Of a stretch of DNA of 57,846 nucleotides, positions 1-8,808 are shown piece by piece. The first letter of the stretch is position 1. Every line of letters begins with the position of its first letter. Source of the stretch: a virus (taxonomy: Duplodnaviria; Caudoviricetes); the IMG/VR virus record IMGVR_UViG_3300028837_000819, positions 1 to 57,846 of that record; one strand, 5' to 3'. Below the pieces are notes generated by a model. The model had not been told where the DNA came from. It was given only the letters and a program-made list of their open reading frames with translations, and ran no database searches. Position numbers and translations under genes: made by a program.

Positions 1-1
1 C

Positions 2-958
2 GACCGGCAGACCAAGCAGAAGCTCGGTCCCAAGGGCAACGTGATCGAGGCGCTCCAGAAGTTCTCGATGAAGCCCTGTCCCATCTGCGGGTCCAAGGTA
101 CCTACGAACACCGGGTACTGCATGAAGTGCAAGAAGAAGACCCTGAAGACCGAGAGCGTTGACGAGGCCACGTTCGAGAAGGGTCGCCGTGTTGCGTGGA
201 CTGCCCCTAACGGTACCAAGATGCAGGGCGTGGTGGTCAACGACGTTGGCGGCAAGTATGACATCAAGGTCAGGGTGACGAACCCCACGCCCAAGAGGGG
301 CGACGAGGAAGTCCTTGTCAAGCGCGCGAAGCTCAAGACTGCGGGGCCTGCTGAGGACCTCGACGAGGACAAGACGAGCAAGGAGATGGAGGCGGGGCTC
401 AAGGGCTTCGTCGCCGACTACATCCTCTCCCGCAGCCACGGCAACGTCTCGCTTGCCAAGCAGATCAAGAAGAAGATCGACGCGATCATCAAGAAGAAGG
501 GGCTCAAGAAGGACAAGGTGTACGGGTACTTCGGCGACCCCGACGACCCGAAGCAGCGGGAGAAGGTTCGCAAGGCCGCGCGCAACCTCAAGGAGAGCGA
601 GCTTGCGGAGGTCGCGGGTGGCATGACCATGACGATGCAGGGCCGCGAGATCAAGGAGCCCACGTTCCTCAAGTCGATGGCGAATAAGGCGGGGGTCGAA
701 CTCAAGCGGGCTCTCCGTCTGTGGGGCAAGGCTCAGTTCGCCACCGAGGACCAGTACCCGGAGATCAAGAAGAAGTCCTCGCGGTACTACGAGATCGTGA
801 CGGGCATCTTCAAGAAGATGCAAGATGCTCAGGCTCAAGGAGGATGTGGACCTCAAAGCGTGGCTCGCGGGCTTGAGCAATGCGGACTGGCGGGGCATTA
901 TCGAGCAGGAGCCCCCGACCAACGGCGAGCCCCCCGCAAACGGCGAAGAGCCGGATGA
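2..958 (+). CDS. 5'-truncated multidomain putative prohead core/internal head protein, N-terminal part (Zn ribbon, SH3-like barrel, Lys-rich helical modules); frameshifted at 815-828
   Basis: Frame is open from base 2 (DRQTKQKLGPKGNVIEA...). CPIC..CMKC Zn ribbon. Modules are separated by TESVDEA, EDLDED and KESELAEV. Sequence after FKKM (820) looks out of frame. Confidence 0.6.
   Translation, partial: DRQTKQKLGPKGNVIEALQKFSMKPCPICGSKVPTNTGYCMKCKKKTLKTESVDEATFEKGRRVAWTAPNGTKMQGVVVNDVGGKYDIKVRVTNPTPKRGDEEVLVKRAKLKTAGPAEDLDEDKTSKEMEAGLKGFVADYILSRSHGNVSLAKQIKKKIDAIIKKKGLKKDKVYGYFGDPDDPKQREKVRKAARNLKESELAEVAGGMTMTMQGREIKEPTFLKSMANKAGVELKRALRLWGKAQFATEDQYPEIKKKSSRYYEIVTGIFKKMQDAQAQGGCGPQSVARGLEQCGLAGHYRAGAPDQRRAPRKRRRAG
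815..828 (+). repeat. 7-bp tandem duplication AAGATGC x2 causing a frameshift
   Basis: aagatgc at 815-821 and 822-828. Confidence 0.9.
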
Positions 959-1430
959 CGATGACGATGACGACGACGATGATGACGAAGAGGACGATGA
1001 CGAGGACGAGCCCAAGGCAAAGCCGAAGCCCAAGACCACCGTCGCCGTCGCCTCCGGGAAGAAGGGCAAGAGCGCGGTCAACTACCAGCCGCAGTCCGGG
1101 ACGAAGAAGTGCAAGACGTGTTCGTTCTGGCTCGGCGGCCAGTGCTCTCAGGTGAAGGGTAAGATCAGTCCGGACGGCACGTGCGACCTCCACCAGAAGA
1201 AGGTGAAGACAGAATCCAACAATTTGTTGGTCCGCTTCAGCATCACCGAGAGCGATCACAAGCTCGTCAAGAAGTTCATGGACCTCGCGAAGGGCGTTGG
1301 GCTGGACTACGAGACTCCTGTCCATCTGCGCGGCGGGAAGCTCGAATTCGATGTTCCGGAGGCGCTTGGCCGGAAGATCAAGCCCTTCATGGAGGGCGTT
1401 GGGGTCTCTGCGGAGGTCCTGCAGGAATAA
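825..1430 (+). CDS. C-terminal continuation of the previous gene: poly-Asp linker, HiPIP-like 4-Cys domain, small C-terminal domain
   Basis: Removing one AAGATGC copy fuses the two ORFs (..IFKKM-LRLKEDVD..). Contains KSAVNYQ..CKTC-x7-C-x2-VKGKISPDGTC. Confidence 0.65.
   Translation: MLRLKEDVDLKAWLAGLSNADWRGIIEQEPPTNGEPPANGEEPDDDDDDDDDDDEEDDDEDEPKAKPKPKTTVAVASGKKGKSAVNYQPQSGTKKCKTCSFWLGGQCSQVKGKISPDGTCDLHQKKVKTESNNLLVRFSITESDHKLVKKFMDLAKGVGLDYETPVHLRGGKLEFDVPEALGRKIKPFMEGVGVSAEVLQE
1216..1230. promoter_or_regulatory. Palindromic operator-like site, copy 1 (CCAACAATTTGTTGG), intragenic
   Basis: Perfect 7-1-7 inverted repeat; same motif at 21423, 27912, 44323 and 52634. Confidence 0.7.
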
Positions 1431-1451
1431 GGGGTTTTTCGGAAAAAAGGG

Positions 1452-1480
1452 TGGACACTACTACACCCTTGCGTTAAACT
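1452..1480 (+). promoter_or_regulatory. Sigma70-like promoter TGGACA-N17-TAAACT with upstream T/A tracts
   Basis: Lies in the AT-rich gap before AGGAGG and ATG 1524. It is overlapped by the inverted repeat AAGGGTG..CACCCTT (1447-1470). Confidence 0.6.
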
Positions 1481-1523
1481 TTTGGTCGTTGCCGCTCTGG
1501 CAGAACGGATAAGGAGGATCGTC

Positions 1524-2543
1524 ATGAGTCCAGTCGTGATCGGCGGGTCCAAGGAGAAGGTCGATGAGGTCGACGTCGAACAGCTTCTCGTGAACGAGGA
1601 GGGCGAGCCCTCCATCGAGGCGCAGGTCATCGAGGCTTTCCTCGACGACGTCGAGTATTCCCCCCTCATAGACGAGATGCTGGCGGACGAGGACACGCGC
1701 GAACTCGTCAAGGTCAGCGAGGTGCACGCCAAGCCGCTCAAGGGCGTCGAGGGTGCGCTGATCGTCTGCGAGGAGGGCGAGGAGGACGATGAGGACGCGA
1801 GCCTCTACCTCCTCTTCGAGGTCAAGGGCTCGGACATGGCCGAGATCATCGACGTCGATGACCTGTACGCCATGTTCGACTACCACCTCCGGGAAGAGCT
1901 TCCCGAGGAGACCCTCGAAGACAAGATCAAGAAGGCCGTCTTCGGTGTCATCGACATCGACGAGGACGAGCTTGACGAGCGGTTCAAGAAGGGCGACTTC
2001 CGGAAGATTCACAAGGCTGGCGGGAAGGATCAGGTCGCGCGGATGCTGATCGCCATGATGAAGAAGGAAGTCATCCAGCGGGCCGACTCGCCGGGCACCG
2101 GTTACAAGGGCGGGGACTACAAGAAGCAGCCCGCCGGGTACTCGACCGGCACCCCGAAGGGGAAGAAGAAGTACCGCCTGTACAAGAAGAAGTTCGCCGC
2201 CAAGATCAAGAAGGCCGCCGTCAAGGCGAAGAAGGCCATCAAGATCGCGGGCAAGAAGGCGGGCGCGAAGGGCAAGAAGAAGAAGGCCGGTGGCAAGAAG
2301 AAGGTCGCCGCTTCCGTCGAAGCCCCGGCCGCCGGGACCGTTCTCAGCGAGGGCGCGAGCCTCGCGGGCAAGGTCCTCGGTGTCATGGGCGGGAAGCCTA
2401 CGAAGCCCGGCTTCATCATCGAGGGCGATGAGGAGAAGAAGCCCGAGCCCGAGAAGAAGCCCGAAGGCGGGGACACCAAGCCCGCCGACGAGCCGGAGAA
2501 GAAGGACGGGGACACCGATCCCGAGAAGAGCGACGACGAGTAG
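1524..2543 (+). CDS. Putative prohead core / DNA-condensing protein (acidic N-terminal half, histone-H1-like Lys/Ala-rich C-terminal half)
   Basis: Strong RBS AAGGAGG before ATG 1524. Charge switches at DEDELDE|RFKKG. KKAAVKAKKAIKIAGKKAGAKGKKKK tract. Confidence 0.55.
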   Translation: MSPVVIGGSKEKVDEVDVEQLLVNEEGEPSIEAQVIEAFLDDVEYSPLIDEMLADEDTRELVKVSEVHAKPLKGVEGALIVCEEGEEDDEDASLYLLFEVKGSDMAEIIDVDDLYAMFDYHLREELPEETLEDKIKKAVFGVIDIDEDELDERFKKGDFRKIHKAGGKDQVARMLIAMMKKEVIQRADSPGTGYKGGDYKKQPAGYSTGTPKGKKKYRLYKKKFAAKIKKAAVKAKKAIKIAGKKAGAKGKKKKAGGKKKVAASVEAPAAGTVLSEGASLAGKVLGVMGGKPTKPGFIIEGDEEKKPEPEKKPEGGDTKPADEPEKKDGDTDPEKSDDE

Positions 2544-2631
2544 CAGACTCTCGTCGATCTTTGCCTGAGCGTCGGGGCCGTTGGGTCACAGGGGGGTACC
2601 AGCGGCCCGGCCTCACCTCGGGAGGTGTTAC

Positions 2632-3063
2632 TTGGACGGTCCTCCGTCTCATGAACTACCGCCAGTGAAGTCGTCCGAACTGGCGTTGAACACAGGCCCC
2701 GTCGGCGCGGTGTTGAAACGCCACGTCGATGAGGCTGACGAACTGGAGCCTGCGGCACAGCCAAATCCGTCTGCCGTCCGTGACGACGACAATGAGCCCT
2801 CGCCGCCGAGGACTCTCCCTGATCCGGCCCCGCAGGCTCCGGCTTCTGGTGACCTCCCCGAAGGGCTGACCACCCTCGGGGAGGTTGCCAACTACCTCCA
2901 AGCCAAGATAGACGAGGCACCACCCGAGTTTGACGAAGCGGAGGGCGAAGTCGACGCCGATTGGGATGCAGCCAAGCTGTTGAAAGAGAGCGTACCTCAA
3001 GTCCGCAGCACCGGTCCGCAGGTGGCGGCCAAGGCGCTCGGACGCATGAGGCCCGGTTCATGA
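2632..3063 (+). CDS. Hypothetical acidic/Pro-rich protein
   Basis: GGAGGT RBS before in-frame TTG 2632; stop overlaps the next ATG (ATGA). Confidence 0.55.
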   Translation: MDGPPSHELPPVKSSELALNTGPVGAVLKRHVDEADELEPAAQPNPSAVRDDDNEPSPPRTLPDPAPQAPASGDLPEGLTTLGEVANYLQAKIDEAPPEFDEAEGEVDADWDAAKLLKESVPQVRSTGPQVAAKALGRMRPGS

Positions 3064-3545
3064 ATGTATACGACCCGTATGCACACGCCGAGCGGCCCTT
3101 AGAGGAGTGCACCGCGCTCCTGTTCGCAGGCGACTACATCCCCGTCAAGTCCGTGATCGAAGACAAGTGGTTCGCCGTTCACATGCGGACCAACCGATCC
3201 TTCAAGCTGTCCAATCTTCCCGAGGACGCCAACGGGAAGATGCTTCAGGATACGATCCTTTCTCACGAACTCTCCAACGAGTTGCTCGAAGCGTGCTACG
3301 AAGTACGCTTCCGGATGGTGGAGGTCGCTCCTCCAAGCGAGGCGGAACTCGATGAGGCGAAGGCGCGAATCGACTCTCGGTACGGTCAACCCCCCCGACC
3401 CGCTGCCGAGGCGAGAGCGCTCTTCTCGGGCTATAGACCCGGCGAGGTCCGCCTTGCAACCATCCGTCTGTCAGAGAAGCTCCTCGATGACACGATGGCA
3501 AGCATAGAGCGCGTGCGGATCAGCGCGCTTGCGGAGGAGGGTTAG
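3060..3545 (+). CDS. Hypothetical protein
   Basis: ATGA coupling with the upstream gene; globular-looking sequence MNVYDPYAHAERP... Confidence 0.65.
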   Translation: MNVYDPYAHAERPLEECTALLFAGDYIPVKSVIEDKWFAVHMRTNRSFKLSNLPEDANGKMLQDTILSHELSNELLEACYEVRFRMVEVAPPSEAELDEAKARIDSRYGQPPRPAAEARALFSGYRPGEVRLATIRLSEKLLDDTMASIERVRISALAEEG

Positions 3546-3548
3546 TGC

Positions 3549-5828
3549 ATGGCGCTCTCCGCGCTGCTCGCCGATCCCACGGTCGAGGAACCTACGTACC
3601 TCGATGACTTCTTCCTCTCGGAGGCGGTCTGCCGCAGGATCGCCTCCTTGACGGAAGGCCGGGAGGACAAGCACGTCCTCAAGGCTGTCTTCCTCGCCGG
3701 AGCCGGAGGCGCTGGCAAGTCTGCCGTCGCCGACGCGATGTTCGCGGGCACCGGGATGAAGGTCATCAACGCTGACAAGCATCTCGAACGGTTCCTGAAG
3801 GAACTCAAGATACCGCCCGCCGAGGTGGGGCTGGAGTACGGGCTCTTCCGCAAGGCCCGCGATCTCATGAAGAAGGAGATGAGGCACTACGCACTCGCCC
3901 GCCTCGGGGTCATCGTTGACTCGACGGCGTGGGAGTACACGCGGATCGCGGAGCCCGTCAAGAAGTTCCGGCAACTCGGGTACGACGTCTTCATGGTCTT
4001 CGTGGACACGAGCCTTGAGACGGCGCTTGCCCGGAACAAGGCGCGGGCAGAGAAGGGCGGCCGGAAGGTCCCGGACAGTTTCGTCGAGGACGCGTGGCGC
4101 GGATCGCAGAAGAACAAGAAGAAGTTCGCCAAGCTCTTCGGCAAGAAGCGGTTCCTCATCGTCGATAATGACAAGGACGTGGAGAAGAAGACGTGGGCCA
4201 ACGTGATCGCCCCGAAGCTACGTTCCATCTCCAACAGGATTCTCAAGGCGGCCGTCAAGAACAAGAAGGGGATCGCGTGGCTGAAGAGCGGCAAGCGGGC
4301 GACGAAGGCGTCGCGTGCAGCCGAGTGGCCGAAGCCCAAGAAACCCAAGCCGTTCGTCTTCAAGGCCGATGCGCCCAAGGCCCCGCAGGGGAAGGTGAGC
4401 AAGAAGGGCGTCCCGATGGGGCGCAAGGGGCCGTCGAAGCTGAAGGCCGAGTTCAAGGGTAAGGGCAAGATGGACCTCGGCGTGATGTTTCCCGAGCTAT
4501 TCGGGAAGAGCTACATCCGCCCCAACGAGTCGATGGCCGAGTCCTTCATCAACGAGAAGGACCTCTCGAAGCTCAAGCCCAAGCTCGACGACCTGAAGCA
4601 CAACATCGAGGCGATGTACGAGCTTGAGTGGAAGTATTACCAGATCAAGAACAACGCGTGGACCGGCCGCCCGGAACGGTACGAGAACACGCTGAAGCTC
4701 TACGCCAAGGCGCTGAAGCAGATCATCCCCGCCACAGCGAAGCTCCTGCTTCCGACGTTCGATAAGTGGCTCTCGCAGCACGCGCTCACGAGCAAGAAGT
4801 CGTGGGGCAAGGCGCGCGTCGGTGAGGACCGCGAGATGTACGACGACGTGAAGGAGGCGTGGGGCGCGCTCCAAGGCGAGCTTGAGAGGTACGGCGGCCG
4901 GGATGCTACGTGGGCTCTCATTGACGTGGACCTCGATCAGACGCCGCGCTTCAAGGAACTGGTCGAGCTTCTCCGCAGTGAGGACGAACAATTCTGGAAG
5001 GACGAGCAGTACAGCGAGCACGGCGATGACGATGACGAGTGGGAGCCGTACCCGTACGAGGACGAGCAGTCGTACCTCGAATCGCTCGCGGGCATGGGGG
5101 ACTTCGGTGACGCGCTCGCGTCCTTCTCCATCGACGACGGCTGGAAGTGGGACATCATCGAGGAACTCTACGGCGAGCTTGTCTTCGATGCGTGGTTCGA
5201 TCACTGGAAGGCGCAGGGGATCGTGCAGACGCGGGCAATGGTCCAGAAGCGTCGCAACGATCTCAGCAAGCTCTCGCGTGGTGTGAAGAACGTCCCCAAG
5301 GGCGTGGTCCGGCTCAACCTCGCGCTCAACTGTGCGCACCAGACGGGCTCGATGCTCGACTACGTGGAGCAGGAGCACGAGGATGTCAACACCGCGTTCC
5401 TCAACAAGCTCTCCAACCGGGCGATCCCGCCGAAGTGGAAGAAGGAGATGCGGACCATCGGCGTGGACCTCAACCCGGCGAACGAGAAGAAGACGAGCAA
5501 CTGGCAGAAGTTCATGAAGGCGTGGAAGTCATACTCCGAGTCGCTGGACGAGGGCGTGTCCGCGATCTACGAAGGCAAGAAGGGTCCGATGTGGAAGACC
5601 CTTGAGAAGAACAAGGTGAAGCTCTCTGACGAGGAGCGCGCTGAGGTCATGAAGCGGAAGGCTGTCTGGCACCACGGCCCGAACGGAGAAGCGACGCCCG
5701 CCGTCTGGAAGGCTGTGGTCGACGGCGTGAAGTGGTACGTGACGAACACGCACCGGGCCTTCAACGTCCGGCCTACGCTCGCGGGCGCGATCAGCCGGTA
5801 CCACAAGTTCATCAAGAGCACGGCTTAG
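3549..5828 (+). CDS. Multidomain protein: zeta-toxin/AAA_33-like P-loop kinase, helical acidic domain, small C-terminal domain
   Basis: Walker A AVFLAGAGGAGKS, INADK, VIVDSTA, FVDTSLETALARN..R..GGRKVP lid. Domain boundaries at SLTEG, NESMAESFINE and SESLDEG. Confidence 0.75.
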   Translation: MALSALLADPTVEEPTYLDDFFLSEAVCRRIASLTEGREDKHVLKAVFLAGAGGAGKSAVADAMFAGTGMKVINADKHLERFLKELKIPPAEVGLEYGLFRKARDLMKKEMRHYALARLGVIVDSTAWEYTRIAEPVKKFRQLGYDVFMVFVDTSLETALARNKARAEKGGRKVPDSFVEDAWRGSQKNKKKFAKLFGKKRFLIVDNDKDVEKKTWANVIAPKLRSISNRILKAAVKNKKGIAWLKSGKRATKASRAAEWPKPKKPKPFVFKADAPKAPQGKVSKKGVPMGRKGPSKLKAEFKGKGKMDLGVMFPELFGKSYIRPNESMAESFINEKDLSKLKPKLDDLKHNIEAMYELEWKYYQIKNNAWTGRPERYENTLKLYAKALKQIIPATAKLLLPTFDKWLSQHALTSKKSWGKARVGEDREMYDDVKEAWGALQGELERYGGRDATWALIDVDLDQTPRFKELVELLRSEDEQFWKDEQYSEHGDDDDEWEPYPYEDEQSYLESLAGMGDFGDALASFSIDDGWKWDIIEELYGELVFDAWFDHWKAQGIVQTRAMVQKRRNDLSKLSRGVKNVPKGVVRLNLALNCAHQTGSMLDYVEQEHEDVNTAFLNKLSNRAIPPKWKKEMRTIGVDLNPANEKKTSNWQKFMKAWKSYSESLDEGVSAIYEGKKGPMWKTLEKNKVKLSDEERAEVMKRKAVWHHGPNGEATPAVWKAVVDGVKWYVTNTHRAFNVRPTLAGAISRYHKFIKSTA

Positions 5829-5837
5829 GGGCACGCG

Positions 5838-8780
5838 ATGGCAACGGGGAAGTACAAGTTCGCTGACCTGAAGGATGTCGAAGAGGCGATGAACGGCCTC
5901 GACTCCATCGTCTCAGGCGCGGGTGTGATACAGGGTGCGGTCAACACGTTCGCGGACCTGCCGAATCCCATTGGCCTCAAGGACGGAACTATCTACATCG
6001 TTCGGCTGGACACGCCGGGCCACGACAACGGCTTCTATGTGGTGCAGTCGGACACGTGGCAGTTCTTCGATGCGCTCAACTTCCAAGACTCCGACGAGGT
6101 CCCCAACAAGTCGATCATACCGGGTGCGAGCGTGACCGCTGCGCTCGATCACCTCGGCGGGTACTTCATGTCGGACTTCTCTACGCCACAGGCGGCCATT
6201 GACGCGGCCATCGTGTCGGGACAGAAGTTCCTCTTCGTCGATCAGCTATTCTCGCTCTCCGTCGCGCTGGACCTCAAGAGTGAGGCGGACCTCAGCCTCA
6301 TGGGGCTCGGGTCGGGGACGGGCTTCCTCGTTGCGAACGTGGCAGCCACAGGAGCCATCGAGAACGTCGGGGATCGTGCGAAGCTCAGTGACATCTACAT
6401 CGAGGTCCAGAACTGCACCACCACGGCCAAGATCATCGACGCGGACGCGGCTGCAGGCGTGACGCTGGACAACGTGCTCATCAGGATGAAGACCGGCACG
6501 CAGGCGGCCCGCGCCTTCTCGCTCTTCGACTGCGACGACTCCACCGTCAACCTCTGCCGGGTCATTGTCGAGGATGCTGGCACTGGCAAGCTCGATTACG
6601 GCATCTATGCTGAAGGCTGCGAGAACATCATCGTCCAGAGCAACCGCACGCTCAAGGGGACGGTCGGGATCAGGGTCGATGACAGCGAGCGGGCCTCGGT
6701 CGAGAACAACTACGTCCTGTATCCGTGGGGCAACGCGTACGAGATCGTTGACTTCAACCACGGGCAGGCCCTCAGCAACCACGCGTACTCGGGCAACACG
6801 GCGGGCACGTACGGCTTCTTCCTTCAGAACCTCGAAAGCCTCCAGTTTGGCAAGAATGACGTGCAGGATTGGGACGCCGGGGCCAACATGACCGGCGCGT
6901 ACTTTGACAACGTGGACAAGGGCGTCTTCGAGGGGAACCTCTTCCGGGACCTCTCGCTTGACGGGATGTACTTCACGGACAGCGCCAGTCTCACGTGCCG
7001 GAACAACTTCGTGCACGTGTGCGGGCGCGACGGCATTTACTTCAACACTAACCAGTACGCGAACATCTCGGGGAACTACATCTATTTCCCCGTGCGCGAC
7101 GGGTACGGCTTCACGTCCTGCGCTCAGACGATCCTCAATGACAACCACATCTTCGGACCGGGCGGCCGAAACGGCGTCCTGTGCTCGGCCGGGGCCATGT
7201 TCCAGATTGCCAACAACCACCTGTACAACGCCTTCGGGACCGGACCGGATATCGAGTGTGTCGATTGCACGACCGTCGTCATCGAGGGCAACATCTGTGG
7301 CGGGTCCAGTGTGCAGAAGGTCTACCTACATGGGGCCACCACGCGGGACATCCTCGTCGACGACAACCAGTGCACGTTCGTTCGATACGATGGGATCGTC
7401 GTTGAGGACTGCGAGAAGGTACAGGTCAAAGACAACACCATGCGCGTCGGGAGCGATGTTGACTTCGACGCCATCAAGGTGACCGAGGGCAATGACATCC
7501 ACGTCGAGGGCAACCAGATAACTCAGTGGGACGCTTCGACGGGCATCCGTGGCATCTCGTGGACCACCTCCGTGGCGGACAGCAGCAAGGGCACCATCTC
7601 TCGGAACAGGATCACGGGCCTCACGGGCGTTGGCATCTACCTCCACGGTGCACCCCCGGCCGGACCGAAGTATCACGAGCACGTCGACGTGGAGAACAAC
7701 AGGATCGTCAGTCCGGGGAGCCACGGCATCCACGCCGCGCACATCCGGTACTGCAACATCAACGGGAATAAGATCAGCAAGGGTCAGGGGCAGGATACCT
7801 ACGGCATCCTGATCGAGTCTGACGTGGGTCAGTCGAACAACCTGTGCTCCGTCTCTCGCAACAAGATCACGGAATGGAATGCGCAGACGGGGATGGGCTG
7901 CATCAAGATCGCCGGAAACAATAATACCGAGTTCGAGATCGACGAGAACAAGGCGTACCAGTGCACCGGCCACGCGATGGAGATCAAGTGCAGCGGGTTC
8001 AGCCTCATTGGCAACCGGGCCGAGGCAGCCTTCGGCGCGGCTCTACTTGCCAACGGGCTTGTCAACGGCAGCATCACTGGCGGGTCGTACGAGGGCGGTG
8101 ACGCCACGACCGGGGGTGCTATCGTCTTCGACGGTGGCGGATCAGTCACGCTCACTGGAGCCTTTATCAGTGGCGGTTCCTATCGCGCGGTGTGGGTGAA
8201 GGACTACTGTGAGAACATCAGCGTCACGGACAACCACATCAAGACCGGTGGGAACCTCGCGGCTGACCGCGCTGTCATCGACGTGGAGGGCGAGGTCGAG
8301 CGTATCCTCATTGGCGACAACGTCTTCGAGCACTCGAACCATCACCCGATCCGCGTCAAGACCGGAACCACTGGCGATCCCGACGCGGTGACGGTCAAGG
8401 GGAACATCTGCGTCGGCTGCTCTGTCGGCGGCATCAAGTGCCAGAACGTGGGCCATCTCAAGGTCGAGGGGAACACGCTCGGTGACAAGGCGTACAACGC
8501 CGGATACCCGGCCATCGACGTGGACAACTGCGATCAGGCGTCGCTCCAGCACAACACGATCTATGACTGGAACGCCGGGGCCGGAGATCACGGCATCTAC
8601 GTCCAGAACTCGACCAAGGTCCTGCAGGCGGACAACACGATCCAGAATGTGGGAGGTGACGCGGCGAAGTGGGAAGATACGGTCACGTACTCGATGAGTC
8701 GTGACAACATGATGATCGGCGAAACCGTCGATCTCGGTTCTGGCACCGGTAACGATGCGAACGGTGACCGGATCGTATAG
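5838..8780 (+). CDS. Long right-handed parallel beta-helix protein (pectate-lyase-like; putative virion depolymerase/adhesin)
   Basis: Many ~22-25-aa PbH1-type coils (GI.....N..I..N); short N-terminal GAVNTFADLP..G.IY.V adaptor module. Confidence 0.8.
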   Translation: MATGKYKFADLKDVEEAMNGLDSIVSGAGVIQGAVNTFADLPNPIGLKDGTIYIVRLDTPGHDNGFYVVQSDTWQFFDALNFQDSDEVPNKSIIPGASVTAALDHLGGYFMSDFSTPQAAIDAAIVSGQKFLFVDQLFSLSVALDLKSEADLSLMGLGSGTGFLVANVAATGAIENVGDRAKLSDIYIEVQNCTTTAKIIDADAAAGVTLDNVLIRMKTGTQAARAFSLFDCDDSTVNLCRVIVEDAGTGKLDYGIYAEGCENIIVQSNRTLKGTVGIRVDDSERASVENNYVLYPWGNAYEIVDFNHGQALSNHAYSGNTAGTYGFFLQNLESLQFGKNDVQDWDAGANMTGAYFDNVDKGVFEGNLFRDLSLDGMYFTDSASLTCRNNFVHVCGRDGIYFNTNQYANISGNYIYFPVRDGYGFTSCAQTILNDNHIFGPGGRNGVLCSAGAMFQIANNHLYNAFGTGPDIECVDCTTVVIEGNICGGSSVQKVYLHGATTRDILVDDNQCTFVRYDGIVVEDCEKVQVKDNTMRVGSDVDFDAIKVTEGNDIHVEGNQITQWDASTGIRGISWTTSVADSSKGTISRNRITGLTGVGIYLHGAPPAGPKYHEHVDVENNRIVSPGSHGIHAAHIRYCNINGNKISKGQGQDTYGILIESDVGQSNNLCSVSRNKITEWNAQTGMGCIKIAGNNNTEFEIDENKAYQCTGHAMEIKCSGFSLIGNRAEAAFGAALLANGLVNGSITGGSYEGGDATTGGAIVFDGGGSVTLTGAFISGGSYRAVWVKDYCENISVTDNHIKTGGNLAADRAVIDVEGEVERILIGDNVFEHSNHHPIRVKTGTTGDPDAVTVKGNICVGCSVGGIKCQNVGHLKVEGNTLGDKAYNAGYPAIDVDNCDQASLQHNTIYDWNAGAGDHGIYVQNSTKVLQADNTIQNVGGDAAKWEDTVTYSMSRDNMMIGETVDLGSGTGNDANGDRIV

Positions 8781-8808
8781 CCCCTTGCGAGCCCAAGGGA
8801 GGTCAGGC

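Noticed and set aside
955-1010. GAY/GAR trinucleotide run as a possible microsatellite switch
   Set aside because: Mixed codons encoding an in-frame poly-Asp/Glu linker; not a pure repeat.
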